Assembly (NCBI GenBank): GCA_020053105.1
Contig: JAGVNU010000084.1
Coordinates: 65,133-129,132 of the forward strand
Reading direction: 5' to 3'
Source: Thermodesulfovibrionia bacterium
GTDB taxonomy: Bacteria > Nitrospirota > Thermodesulfovibrionia > UBA6902
DNA: 64,000 nt
A program made the translations under genes and the position numbers. Numbering within the stretch: position 1 is the stretch's first letter; every line of letters begins with the position of its first letter. A model generated the notes under the pieces. The model worked only from the letters and a program-made list of their open reading frames with translations, had not been told where the DNA came from and did not search any database. Below, one piece after another: positions 10,303 to 17,636 of this stretch.

Positions 10303-10514
10303 AAGTTACCTATGACGGGAAATCCGACCTTCTTTATATCCGTTTAGATGAAAGTAAACAGGACGTGATCAATAAACGTGTTGCCGATGATGTTGTTCTG
10401 GATATCGGAGAAGGTGATAAAATTGTCGGGATCGAGATCCTCGAAGCATCTGCACACGTTGATCTCAGCAAGATACTTCCGATCCAGCACGAAGGAATTA
10501 AAGTCTCCGCGTAG
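10299..10514 (+). CDS. DUF2283-like putative antitoxin
   Basis: MKVTYDGKSDLLYIRL...GIEILEAS is characteristic of DUF2283, and it is coupled to the upstream ORF. Confidence 0.65.
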   Translation: MKVTYDGKSDLLYIRLDESKQDVINKRVADDVVLDIGEGDKIVGIEILEASAHVDLSKILPIQHEGIKVSA

Positions 10515-10611
10515 CTTCCCCGCAAACGCCAAAATGAAAGACCTGCCCCCTTCGGCCCGTACTGACGGTTAAGAACTAATTATTGAGAGCTGTCTTTTGC
10601 GCTTTTCCCGC

Positions 10612-11376
10612 TTACGATCTTACTATCTTCCCCGCCGGAGCCAGGTATATGGTAAATTCATCGGTGCCGTCCACGCCGAGAAGTTCGTCCATCAGGTCTT
10701 GCCGGTAAGCTCCTACAGCACAGGTCCCGGCTCCGATCGCCTCGCATGCGAGATAAAGATTCTGACAAACATGTCCCGCGTCGATCGCGATCACTTTGTG
10801 TGCCGCAAGATCGTACCGCCACTCCATCCGGTAGGGAATGGCTGTCCATATGAATACCAAAGGCGCCTTTCCCAGGAACGGCTGATCAAGGCCTGCTGTT
10901 ACTATCCTTTCTGCAAGACCGTCCAATGTATTTTCGAGTACGAGCTGATGCTCGACCGGCAAATACCGGTATATGCCGAGTTCAAGCCCGGCCACGTTAA
11001 GAACGCACAGGTAAGTCTCAAGCGCATGGCGGCATCCTGTTGAAGGCACTGTGCGGTAGGCCGCAGCCGGATCAACTATCTTCTGTACGCCCTGCGTTGC
11101 CCACAGTAAAAAAGATACTTCCTCAAGTGTCATGGGGTCAGGCCTGAAATGACGGTGGCTTCTCCGTCTGTGCATTGCGGTGATGAGATCAATACCCTGT
11201 ATGGAGTTCCATTTCTGCCGGGGAATAAGGTCAATGCGCTGTTGACCCTTTTTACACGGTTTTTCAACAGGCGGAGGAGGAACACCCCTGCTCTGGTCCG
11301 TTCCTGAAAAATCGATCATCAGGCGTATGCTATCCTTTAAATAAAAGCGGTATTGTTCAAAGTCCTTTTTCCCCAT
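10612..11376 (-). CDS. SagB-type dehydrogenase / nitroreductase family protein
   Basis: RRSHRHF FMN-binding-type motif, LLWATQG, and a C-terminal nitroreductase fold pattern. Confidence 0.75.
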   Translation of the reverse strand: MGKKDFEQYRFYLKDSIRLMIDFSGTDQSRGVPPPPVEKPCKKGQQRIDLIPRQKWNSIQGIDLITAMHRRRSHRHFRPDPMTLEEVSFLLWATQGVQKIVDPAAAYRTVPSTGCRHALETYLCVLNVAGLELGIYRYLPVEHQLVLENTLDGLAERIVTAGLDQPFLGKAPLVFIWTAIPYRMEWRYDLAAHKVIAIDAGHVCQNLYLACEAIGAGTCAVGAYRQDLMDELLGVDGTDEFTIYLAPAGKIVRS

Positions 11377-11664
11377 GACCGGCTCCGTTCTTTTGAAATG
11401 TTTCAGATATGCTTTTATTAATTATATATCAGCTGCCACTTCCCCGTACCCCCATCGTCCGAAAAGATCATCCACGTAGGCGATATTATATTTAGAAAGA
11501 ATTTTCTCAACTTGAGCACGTTCTTCCACGCTCCCCTGCCATCCATTTGATTGTCCGGATTCTATAACTTCACTTGCAATGAGTTCCAGCAACCATCGCA
11601 AACGATCCTACGTCCCTGTACTTTCTTGCTACCATGTCTCCCTCCTTTTATGTTAAAAAATATA

Positions 11665-11871
11665 TTAGCTTTCCTGTTCTTCTATATACTGCCTTACTAA
11701 CTCGGTGACTATAACAGCATCAATTGTTTCTCTGCTGTATACAGACCAATATACATCCTTCAAATAATCGTCAAGTACATCATCGATATCTTCACCATCG
11801 TCATTGATCTCCCTGATGACACTTTCTGCAATGCCCTTTATGTACCAGCTCTTGTAAAATTCTTTTTTCAT
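11665..11871 (-). CDS. small acidic hypothetical protein (68 aa)
   Basis: The start is moved to the internal ATG (MKKEFYKSWY...), which has a strong SD (aaggaggggg) upstream. AT-rich islet context. Confidence 0.5.
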   Translation of the reverse strand: MKKEFYKSWYIKGIAESVIREINDDGEDIDDVLDDYLKDVYWSVYSRETIDAVIVTELVRQYIEEQES

Positions 11872-11943
11872 GATCAGCCCCCTCCTTACTCGTGTTATCA
11901 TGTTAACAAATTAACAAGAACATTTTAACCGCTATTTTTTTAT

Positions 11944-11991
11944 TTGTCAACATGTTATTTTGTTGACAAGTTGTTTTTTTTAAAGTACACT
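11944..11991 (+). promoter_or_regulatory. candidate promoter plus operator of the RHH gene
   Basis: 8-bp inverted repeat TTGTCAAC (11944-11951) / GTTGACAA (11962-11969). The second arm contains a perfect TTGACA -35. TACACT lies 17 nt downstream at 11986-11991, and the RBS aggag begins at 12001. Confidence 0.35.
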
Positions 11992-12014
11992 AACAAACAA
12001 AGGAGATTGGTCGA

Positions 12015-12194
12015 ATGGCAAAAAAAAGCGTACCGGCGGCGGGAACTTCCTTACCTAACAAGGTCTTCGGTGTAAGGATGGACCCTGAGCTGGCGAAGAA
12101 GATGAAAATACTGGCAGTGAAGAAGGATACGCAGGTGTATAAGCTGCTTGAGGAAGCGATTGTTGATTTTTTGAAGAAACACAAGGAGTTATGA
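12015..12194 (+). CDS. ribbon-helix-helix (CopG/Arc-like) DNA-binding protein, 59 aa; not in the ORF track
   Basis: My own translation is MAKKSVPAAGTSLPNKVFGVRMDPELAKKMKILAVKKDTQVYKLLEEAIVDFLKKHKEL. The strand-helix-helix pattern (FGVRMDPEL...) and an aggag RBS support it. The tracked antisense ORF 11990-12184 is its shadow. Confidence 0.6.
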   Translation: MAKKSVPAAGTSLPNKVFGVRMDPELAKKMKILAVKKDTQVYKLLEEAIVDFLKKHKEL

Positions 12195-12342
12195 GAGTCA
12201 AACTGTCTCTTTGGACTGTGGTTAAAACGGCTCTATATGAATAGGGGAATTTGTTGGACTGGTTTAAAACGCTAAAATGAAGACTTGGCTCTTATGCCTT
12301 TCTCCGTTAAGCATTAAAGGCAATTGAACTGCGTGCGCCAAT

Positions 12343-12774
12343 ATGGTAACTTATATTACCGTGCTAAATCAGAAGAAAAAAAATCACAAGGCAATTAGAT
12401 TCATTGATTTATTTTGTGGCATTGGTGGATTTCGCTCTGCTATTGAGCAAGCTGCTGATGAATTAGGAATACCCGTTAAATGCAAGTTCTCCAGTGATAT
12501 AGACGAAGATTGCCAGAAAGCTTATGAAGCAAACTTCAGAGAAAGACCCCTCGGAGATATTACAGCAATCAACGCCGAAGACATACCAGACCATGACATT
12601 CTTCTCGCTGGTTTTCCATGTCAGCCTTTCAGCATCATTGGACACAGACATGGATTTAAGGACACTCGAGGAACGCTTTTCTTTGACATTGCCCGCATAA
12701 TTGAAACAAAAAAACCGACTGCATTTTTATTGGAGAACGTTAAGCTGTTAGACTCATATAAAATTGCTGCTTGA
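12343..12774 (+). pseudogene. truncated DNA (cytosine-5) methyltransferase; motifs I-VI only
   Basis: Motif I FIDLFCGIGGF, motif IV GFPCQPFS and motif VI LLENVKLL are followed at once by DSYKIAA-stop. Motifs VIII-X and the target-recognition domain are absent. Confidence 0.8.
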
Positions 12775-12785
12775 GTTATTCGTAA

Positions 12786-13532
12786 ATGAAAAATGCTTTT
12801 TCAATAAGAGATAAATCAATTTTAGTCGGACTTTATTTATCAAAGTTTGATGAAGAAGCATTAAGTGCACTTGGATTTAGAGGATTTAATGAAGCATTCA
12901 ATACGCTGGGCTATTCAATAGGTTCAAAACCCGCTTCAATAAAAAATTACCGTGATGAATTTGACCCTTTATTCCCCAATCAGAGAAAGGGCTGGCATAA
13001 AAGACCAATCAGAGATTATTGCAAAAAGTTTTATGATGATTTTTCTAAATTATCATTTGGCTCTTTCACTGAATTGATTAAGAGTTTTGTTTTTGATAAT
13101 TATGACATAGAAAAAATTGTGGAAAAAGTTGAGAAGAAAAATATGTCTGAAACTGTTGCCAAACGACTTGTGACAGGTAAAGCGGCGGAAGAATATTTCA
13201 AAATAAATTATAAACTTGTATCCAATTTTTTGAATTATGAGTTGAAAGACACGACAAATCTTGCTTGTGGATTTGACTACAAGTTATCGTTGGAAAATGA
13301 TTTTTATTGTGTTGAAGTAAAAGGGTTAAATGCGAATTCAGGTGGAATCGCATTGACAGAGAAGGAATTTTATGTTGCCAATGAATTGAAGAAAAAATAT
13401 TGTCTTTTTGTTGTAATGAATTTTATTGAGAAACCTAATCATCAGTTTTTCTTTGACCCATTAAACAGCAAGTTGACTTTTAAAAAAGTTGAAAGAAAAG
13501 TAACTCAAATAAATTACTCTACTACGATATGA
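12786..13532 (+). CDS. DUF3883 (NOV C-terminal)-like PD-(D/E)xK nuclease-fold protein
   Basis: The C-terminal pattern TGKAAEEYF...CGFDYKL...VEVKG...IALTEKEF...YCLFVV matches the restriction-endonuclease-like DUF3883 core. Confidence 0.55.
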   Translation: MKNAFSIRDKSILVGLYLSKFDEEALSALGFRGFNEAFNTLGYSIGSKPASIKNYRDEFDPLFPNQRKGWHKRPIRDYCKKFYDDFSKLSFGSFTELIKSFVFDNYDIEKIVEKVEKKNMSETVAKRLVTGKAAEEYFKINYKLVSNFLNYELKDTTNLACGFDYKLSLENDFYCVEVKGLNANSGGIALTEKEFYVANELKKKYCLFVVMNFIEKPNHQFFFDPLNSKLTFKKVERKVTQINYSTTI

Positions 13533-13711
13533 ATAACCAATGGGAATGCTATTTATGTGGCAAGGAATCTGCTCTTGAATTAATACCTGGCGGTTGGCTT
13601 GGCAATTATCATCCACTTTGCAATTCTTGCGCTGACACTGTCTTTTTTGATATGACATCCAAATTTCATGATGCTATGACTTTTCATTATTTGATCGGCG
13701 ATTTTTTATAA
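13529..13711 (+). CDS. small zinc-ribbon-like hypothetical protein (60 aa)
   Basis: CYLCG...CNSC pairs, and an ATGA overlap with the upstream stop. Confidence 0.35.
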   Translation: MNNQWECYLCGKESALELIPGGWLGNYHPLCNSCADTVFFDMTSKFHDAMTFHYLIGDFL

Positions 13712-13850
13712 ATGATGATATAGTTCTCCAGCAAACACCTTGGGGAGCAAAGACAGTCAAGAACCGAAGACCTTCAACTGTTTCTAAAATTCGTCTTATA
13801 TCTGGACGCAAGTCCCCTATCTATTCTTTTGGCGACAAAGAAATCAGCGA

Positions 13851-14240
13851 GTGCGCCCAAATGAACTCGGAGAGAACATTCTCTCCATCTGGAACGAGCG
13901 AGTAGCAAGTATTCGCAAACTCTACAAACATGTCAGGACAGTGGTTTTGATTAAGTCCGATGACCTGCTGGAAGCGGCAGTCTTTGAGTTTGAAACTATT
14001 TTATACAGAGCTGAGAACTTCCGGTGGCAATGGAACGAGCGAACCAATCTTGAGGGATTTGACAAGGACAGCAAGCAGCACATCTTTACATGGCAGCCTC
14101 ACGGTTCTCAGTTTACCATCATAGAAGTCGTGCCTGATGATATACTTGCGATACGAATTAAGCAACCTCCACAAGTAGACCGAGACGACATCCTCAAGGC
14201 AATCAAATTTGATGATTCTTGGATAGAAATCATTAAGTGA
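13851..14240 (+). CDS. hypothetical protein, possible C-terminal remnant of a restriction endonuclease
   Basis: GTG-initiated 129-aa ORF between a C5-MTase fragment and vsr. A second open frame runs into it from upstream (see findings). No motif recognised. Confidence 0.4.
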   Translation: MRPNELGENILSIWNERVASIRKLYKHVRTVVLIKSDDLLEAAVFEFETILYRAENFRWQWNERTNLEGFDKDSKQHIFTWQPHGSQFTIIEVVPDDILAIRIKQPPQVDRDDILKAIKFDDSWIEIIK

Positions 14241-14280
14241 CAACATTGACACTTTTTCAAAATCTGAACGCTCAAGAATA

Positions 14281-14775
14281 ATGGCAAGCGTGAAATCCAG
14301 AGGCAATAAATCCACAGAGCTTAAGTTTGTTTCTATCCTCAAGGACAAGGGCATCACAGGGTGGCGTCGCAATTATCCTTTGATCGGCAACCCGGATTTT
14401 GTTTTCCCGAAAAAGAGAACCGCTGTGTTTATTGATGGTTGCTTTTGGCATAGTTGCCCCTTTCATTGCCGCATGCCCGCTTCAAATAAAAACTACTGGA
14501 ATAATAAAATTGGGAAAAATAAGATTAGAGACAAGAAGATAACAAGTACATTGAGGACAAATGGCTGGCAAGTGATTAGAGTCTGGGAACACGAAATTAA
14601 GTCGAGTAAGCTTAGCAATAAATTAAGCAAACTGAAAGATAAACCCTTTCAGCCCTCTTTTTCGTCTGCACCTCACGCGATATCCCTGACAAACTGCTCC
14701 TTAATAACCGGCCCCTCCGCCCAATCAAGCTTATGCAGTTCCTCCGGAGACAGCCATATCATTTCAATTAGGTAA
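14281..14775 (+). CDS. vsr: very short patch repair endonuclease
   Basis: NPDFVFPKKRTAVFIDGCFWHSCP...KNYWNNKIGKNKIRD...GWQVIRVWEHE matches Vsr. Vsr-like residues (DTFSKSERSRI) continue upstream of the first ATG with no canonical start. Confidence 0.85.
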   Translation: MASVKSRGNKSTELKFVSILKDKGITGWRRNYPLIGNPDFVFPKKRTAVFIDGCFWHSCPFHCRMPASNKNYWNNKIGKNKIRDKKITSTLRTNGWQVIRVWEHEIKSSKLSNKLSKLKDKPFQPSFSSAPHAISLTNCSLITGPSAQSSLCSSSGDSHIISIR

Positions 14776-14807
14776 TACCCAACTTCAACGAGGTAATAAC
14801 TGCCAGC
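14673..14807 (-). pseudogene. 3' remnant of a NUDIX (MutT-like) hydrolase gene
   Basis: My own translation of the minus strand is AGSYYLVEVGYYLIEMIWLSPEELHKLDWAEGPVIKEQFVRDIA-stop. It resembles the MutT C-terminus (W.S...L....FP.AN.PVI..L). No NUDIX box or 5' part is present. Confidence 0.35.
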
Positions 14808-15197
14808 TTATTACCCCATTCATGCCACCACATCCTGTGAATAGCGATAGAACTTTCAAGGTTGTTTTATCTTTCAACTTCATAAATTATTTGGATACTA
14901 GGGACACGTCCCTCGATGAAAAATGACAAGATGGCCTTAAGTGCTGTAGAAAAGAGCGAAAGCGCAGGAACGAAACTATCGAACTTGCGATCTTCCCCGC
15001 TTTCAGGCTTTCCCAATTTATTTACAAAAAACAAAGCATAGATGCTTAAAAAAGAAATATCTGATAAACTTACGTAGGGGCAAGGAACATCCTATAGATA
15101 TTTAGGTATTTAAAGATCCGGGAGTTGAATAGAAATAACATTGTAAGATTTCCGGGATAAGGAACCACTATAAAAATCAAAACAGTAAGGAGTATAC

Positions 15198-16160
15198 ATG
15201 AGATCGTTTAGTTCAAATCCCCGGCGTGGGAAATCACGGCCGCAGCAGCGTTCGAATGTGCCGGCGCGCAGGGTTGCTTCATCAGATGAGATAAAGTTTC
15301 TTGCCGGTACGGCAGTAAACCCGCATACGCGTATTATCCTTGAGAAGGGCAGTGATGATTTGTCCGTCCGTGCGCTTGATCTTATTTGTCCAATAGGGAT
15401 GGGACAGCGTGGTCTTGTGGTATCATCGCCCGGGTTGGGTAAGACAACATTCTTAAAGAATATATCTAACGCGGTAACAAACGGGTATCCCGACATGAAG
15501 GTGTATTGCTTACTTGTGGATGAGCGTCCTGAAGAGGTGACGGATTTTACGCGCAGTGTGAAGGCCAAAGTATATTCCTCATCTATGGACCATAGTCAGG
15601 AAAGTCATATCAAGATTGTTGACAAGGTTGTCGCAGAGGCTTTTAAGGAAGCGGCTGCAGGGCATAATGTGATGATATTGCTTGATTCACTTACGCGTCT
15701 GGCGCGGGTACATAACGCACAGCACAGGGGCAGCGGGCGTACGATGTCCGGAGGAGTGGGCGCCGGCGCGCTTGAAGTGCCACGCCGTATTTTTGGTATT
15801 GCCCGTAATGTAGAGGGTCTGGGATCTATAACGATCCTTGCTACGATCCTGGTCGATACAGGCAGCGCAATGGATAATGTTATATTTGAAGAGTTTAAAG
15901 GTACTGGTAATATGGAACTGGTGCTCTCAAAAGAGCTGGCACAAAAGAGGGTGTTCCCGGCAATCGATGTGATAAAGAGCGGTACCCGGCGTGCTGAGCT
16001 TTTGTTTGAGCCGCAAGAGTACAGACGCCTTGAATTATTACGACGGGGCATGGCATCGATGAATAATAGTGTTGCTGCTATGGAAAAGCTGATAGCGATG
16101 CTTCAGAAATATCCGAGCAATAGCGCTCTGCTGGATTCATTTAAGGATGTTAAGGGTTAG
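15198..16160 (+). CDS. Rho-family hexameric ATPase lacking the N-terminal RNA-binding domain
   Basis: RALDLICPIGMGQRGLVVSSPGLGKTT (Walker A), LLVDERPEEV (Walker B), SGRTMSGGVGAGALEVPRRIFGIARN, EEFKGTGNMELVL and VFPAIDVIKSGTRR. The SD taaggag and an in-frame TAA 12 nt upstream fix the N-terminus. Confidence 0.85.
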   Translation: MRSFSSNPRRGKSRPQQRSNVPARRVASSDEIKFLAGTAVNPHTRIILEKGSDDLSVRALDLICPIGMGQRGLVVSSPGLGKTTFLKNISNAVTNGYPDMKVYCLLVDERPEEVTDFTRSVKAKVYSSSMDHSQESHIKIVDKVVAEAFKEAAAGHNVMILLDSLTRLARVHNAQHRGSGRTMSGGVGAGALEVPRRIFGIARNVEGLGSITILATILVDTGSAMDNVIFEEFKGTGNMELVLSKELAQKRVFPAIDVIKSGTRRAELLFEPQEYRRLELLRRGMASMNNSVAAMEKLIAMLQKYPSNSALLDSFKDVKG

Positions 16161-16269
16161 TTAGGGGACCAACCAACGCTTAATATTAATCTACCCATGC
16201 CTCACCTGCCTGCTTAAAACGTACCGCGAATGCCGGGTCAGTCACCCGAAAAACCCGCTCAAAAAGTCA

Positions 16270-16299
16270 TTGACTATTTGGCCTTTAAACAGTTAGTTT
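16270..16299 (+). promoter_or_regulatory. candidate sigma70-type promoter for the purC-like/NYN pair
   Basis: TTGACT at 16270-16275, with TAGTTT/TTTAAT about 17-18 nt downstream. Confidence 0.3.
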
Positions 16300-16345
16300 A
16301 ATACCCTAACTTGTTTTTTTTACATACGAATTACCGGAGACAACG

Positions 16346-17635
16346 ATGACTGCATTTCCAAAGAAAATTGGTCTTAAGCCCGGCAGGCCGTTATACATAG
16401 GCTCAGTACAAAAGCTTTATAACGTGCCCGGGTGCCCGGACCTTATTATAAGCGAGACCTCCTCCGGGGGATCGGTTTTTGACGTCGGTACAATTTTTAA
16501 TATAGAAGGAAGCGATACCGGCAGGGCGGCCTTCAGGCACCTCGTGTTTCAGGAGCTGCAGAACCCTAGGTCATGGAAGCGGCTTGAGGAGAAACTCTCG
16601 GGGAAAGGGAAGGTCCTTCAGAAGGACAAGGCCGGACTTTTCAATAAAGTGCTGGCCGGATTTATAAAGAGCGGCGCCCCGACCCATCATGCGGGAATGG
16701 TTGAACGTAAAACAGGTAAGGTCTATGCCACAGGATTTCCCGGTGATCTCAGCAACCTTACCTTGATAAAAAAGTTTACTGTTGAAAAACCGGTCCTTAA
16801 AAACGTAATGGGCCGGCATTTTTATGATTATGAAAAATACCACCATATAGACCGCAACGTGATTCCGCTTGAATACATCGTAAGGCTCGGCGTGACCACC
16901 GGCTCGTCCATACTGAGAAAATATGACCGCCTGAGCGATGCAGACAAAAAGGCATACCTGAAAGAACTGGGCGTTAATTCGCTTAGCCCATGGAGCAGGT
17001 TCGATCCACCCATTGTCGATTTAACCACCAAGTATGAACCTGAGGACAGGAACATCAGCCTCCAGGAGGCATCTATGATCTCCGGCGTGGATGGTGATAC
17101 GTTTTCTAAATCACTGATAATGGCAATCCTCGGCGCTTATATGCTTCAGCAGATATTTGACGGCATGGGGCTGACCCTTTGGGACCTCAAATGGGAGATC
17201 GCGAGGGACGGAAAAAAACTCCTCTTCGTGGACACGATCGACACGGACTCGGTCAGGGTGACTTTCAACATGAAGCGCAAAGACAAATCGTATTTCGTCC
17301 ATTTTAATAAACAGGCCATGCGTGACTACTATAAGATCATGCACGCAGACTGGTACAGCGCGGTAAATGAGGCAAAGAAGATTGCCGCTCAAACGGGCAG
17401 GTCGTTTACGGACTTATTAAAGGAAGGCCAGGCGAGGAAAAAATACGCGGGTACGCCGGTTGTGGACAAGGATTTCCTTGACATCCAGGCAGAGAAATTC
17501 CTGATGATCCAGAGTTGTATCCGTGACAATACTCAGGACCTTAAAAAAGAAGCACGGCGCATAGCCAACAAAGAACTGGATTACTATCTGCAATCCGGTA
17601 AAATTAAAGAATATGAAAAATTAAATTCGAGGTAA
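16346..17635 (+). CDS. SAICAR synthase-family protein, unusually long (429 aa) and divergent
   Basis: Collinear with PurC: GSVQKLY, ETSSGGSVFDVG, IPLEYIVRLGVTTGSSILRKY, LTLWDLKWEIARDGKKLLFVDTIDTDSVRV. It has an internal insert and a roughly 100-aa C-terminal extension. Confidence 0.7.
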   Translation: MTAFPKKIGLKPGRPLYIGSVQKLYNVPGCPDLIISETSSGGSVFDVGTIFNIEGSDTGRAAFRHLVFQELQNPRSWKRLEEKLSGKGKVLQKDKAGLFNKVLAGFIKSGAPTHHAGMVERKTGKVYATGFPGDLSNLTLIKKFTVEKPVLKNVMGRHFYDYEKYHHIDRNVIPLEYIVRLGVTTGSSILRKYDRLSDADKKAYLKELGVNSLSPWSRFDPPIVDLTTKYEPEDRNISLQEASMISGVDGDTFSKSLIMAILGAYMLQQIFDGMGLTLWDLKWEIARDGKKLLFVDTIDTDSVRVTFNMKRKDKSYFVHFNKQAMRDYYKIMHADWYSAVNEAKKIAAQTGRSFTDLLKEGQARKKYAGTPVVDKDFLDIQAEKFLMIQSCIRDNTQDLKKEARRIANKELDYYLQSGKIKEYEKLNSR

Positions 17636-17636
17636 T

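Noticed and set aside
11422-11601. A possible 59-codon gene fragment on the minus strand (LRWLLELIASEVIESGQSNGWQGSVEERAQVEKILSKYNIAYVDDLFGRWGYGEVAADI). An ATG-initiated frame upstream stops after 21 codons.
   Set aside because: It has only a TTG start, falls below the ORF cutoff, and shows no motif. It may be a frameshifted pseudogene of the islet, but I cannot support it as a feature.
11990-12184. Tracked 64-aa minus-strand ORF.
   Set aside because: It is a low-complexity antisense shadow of the plus-strand RHH gene (12015-12194). That gene has an RBS and a recognisable fold pattern.
14901-14914. The near-palindrome AGGGAC-AC-GTCCCT in the noncoding stretch before the Rho-like gene.
   Set aside because: It is a single short occurrence with a non-symmetric centre and no associated regulator, so it could easily be chance.
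15110-15568. Tracked 152-aa minus-strand ORF overlapping the Rho-like gene start.
   Set aside because: It is antisense to a strongly motif-supported CDS and has no motif of its own.
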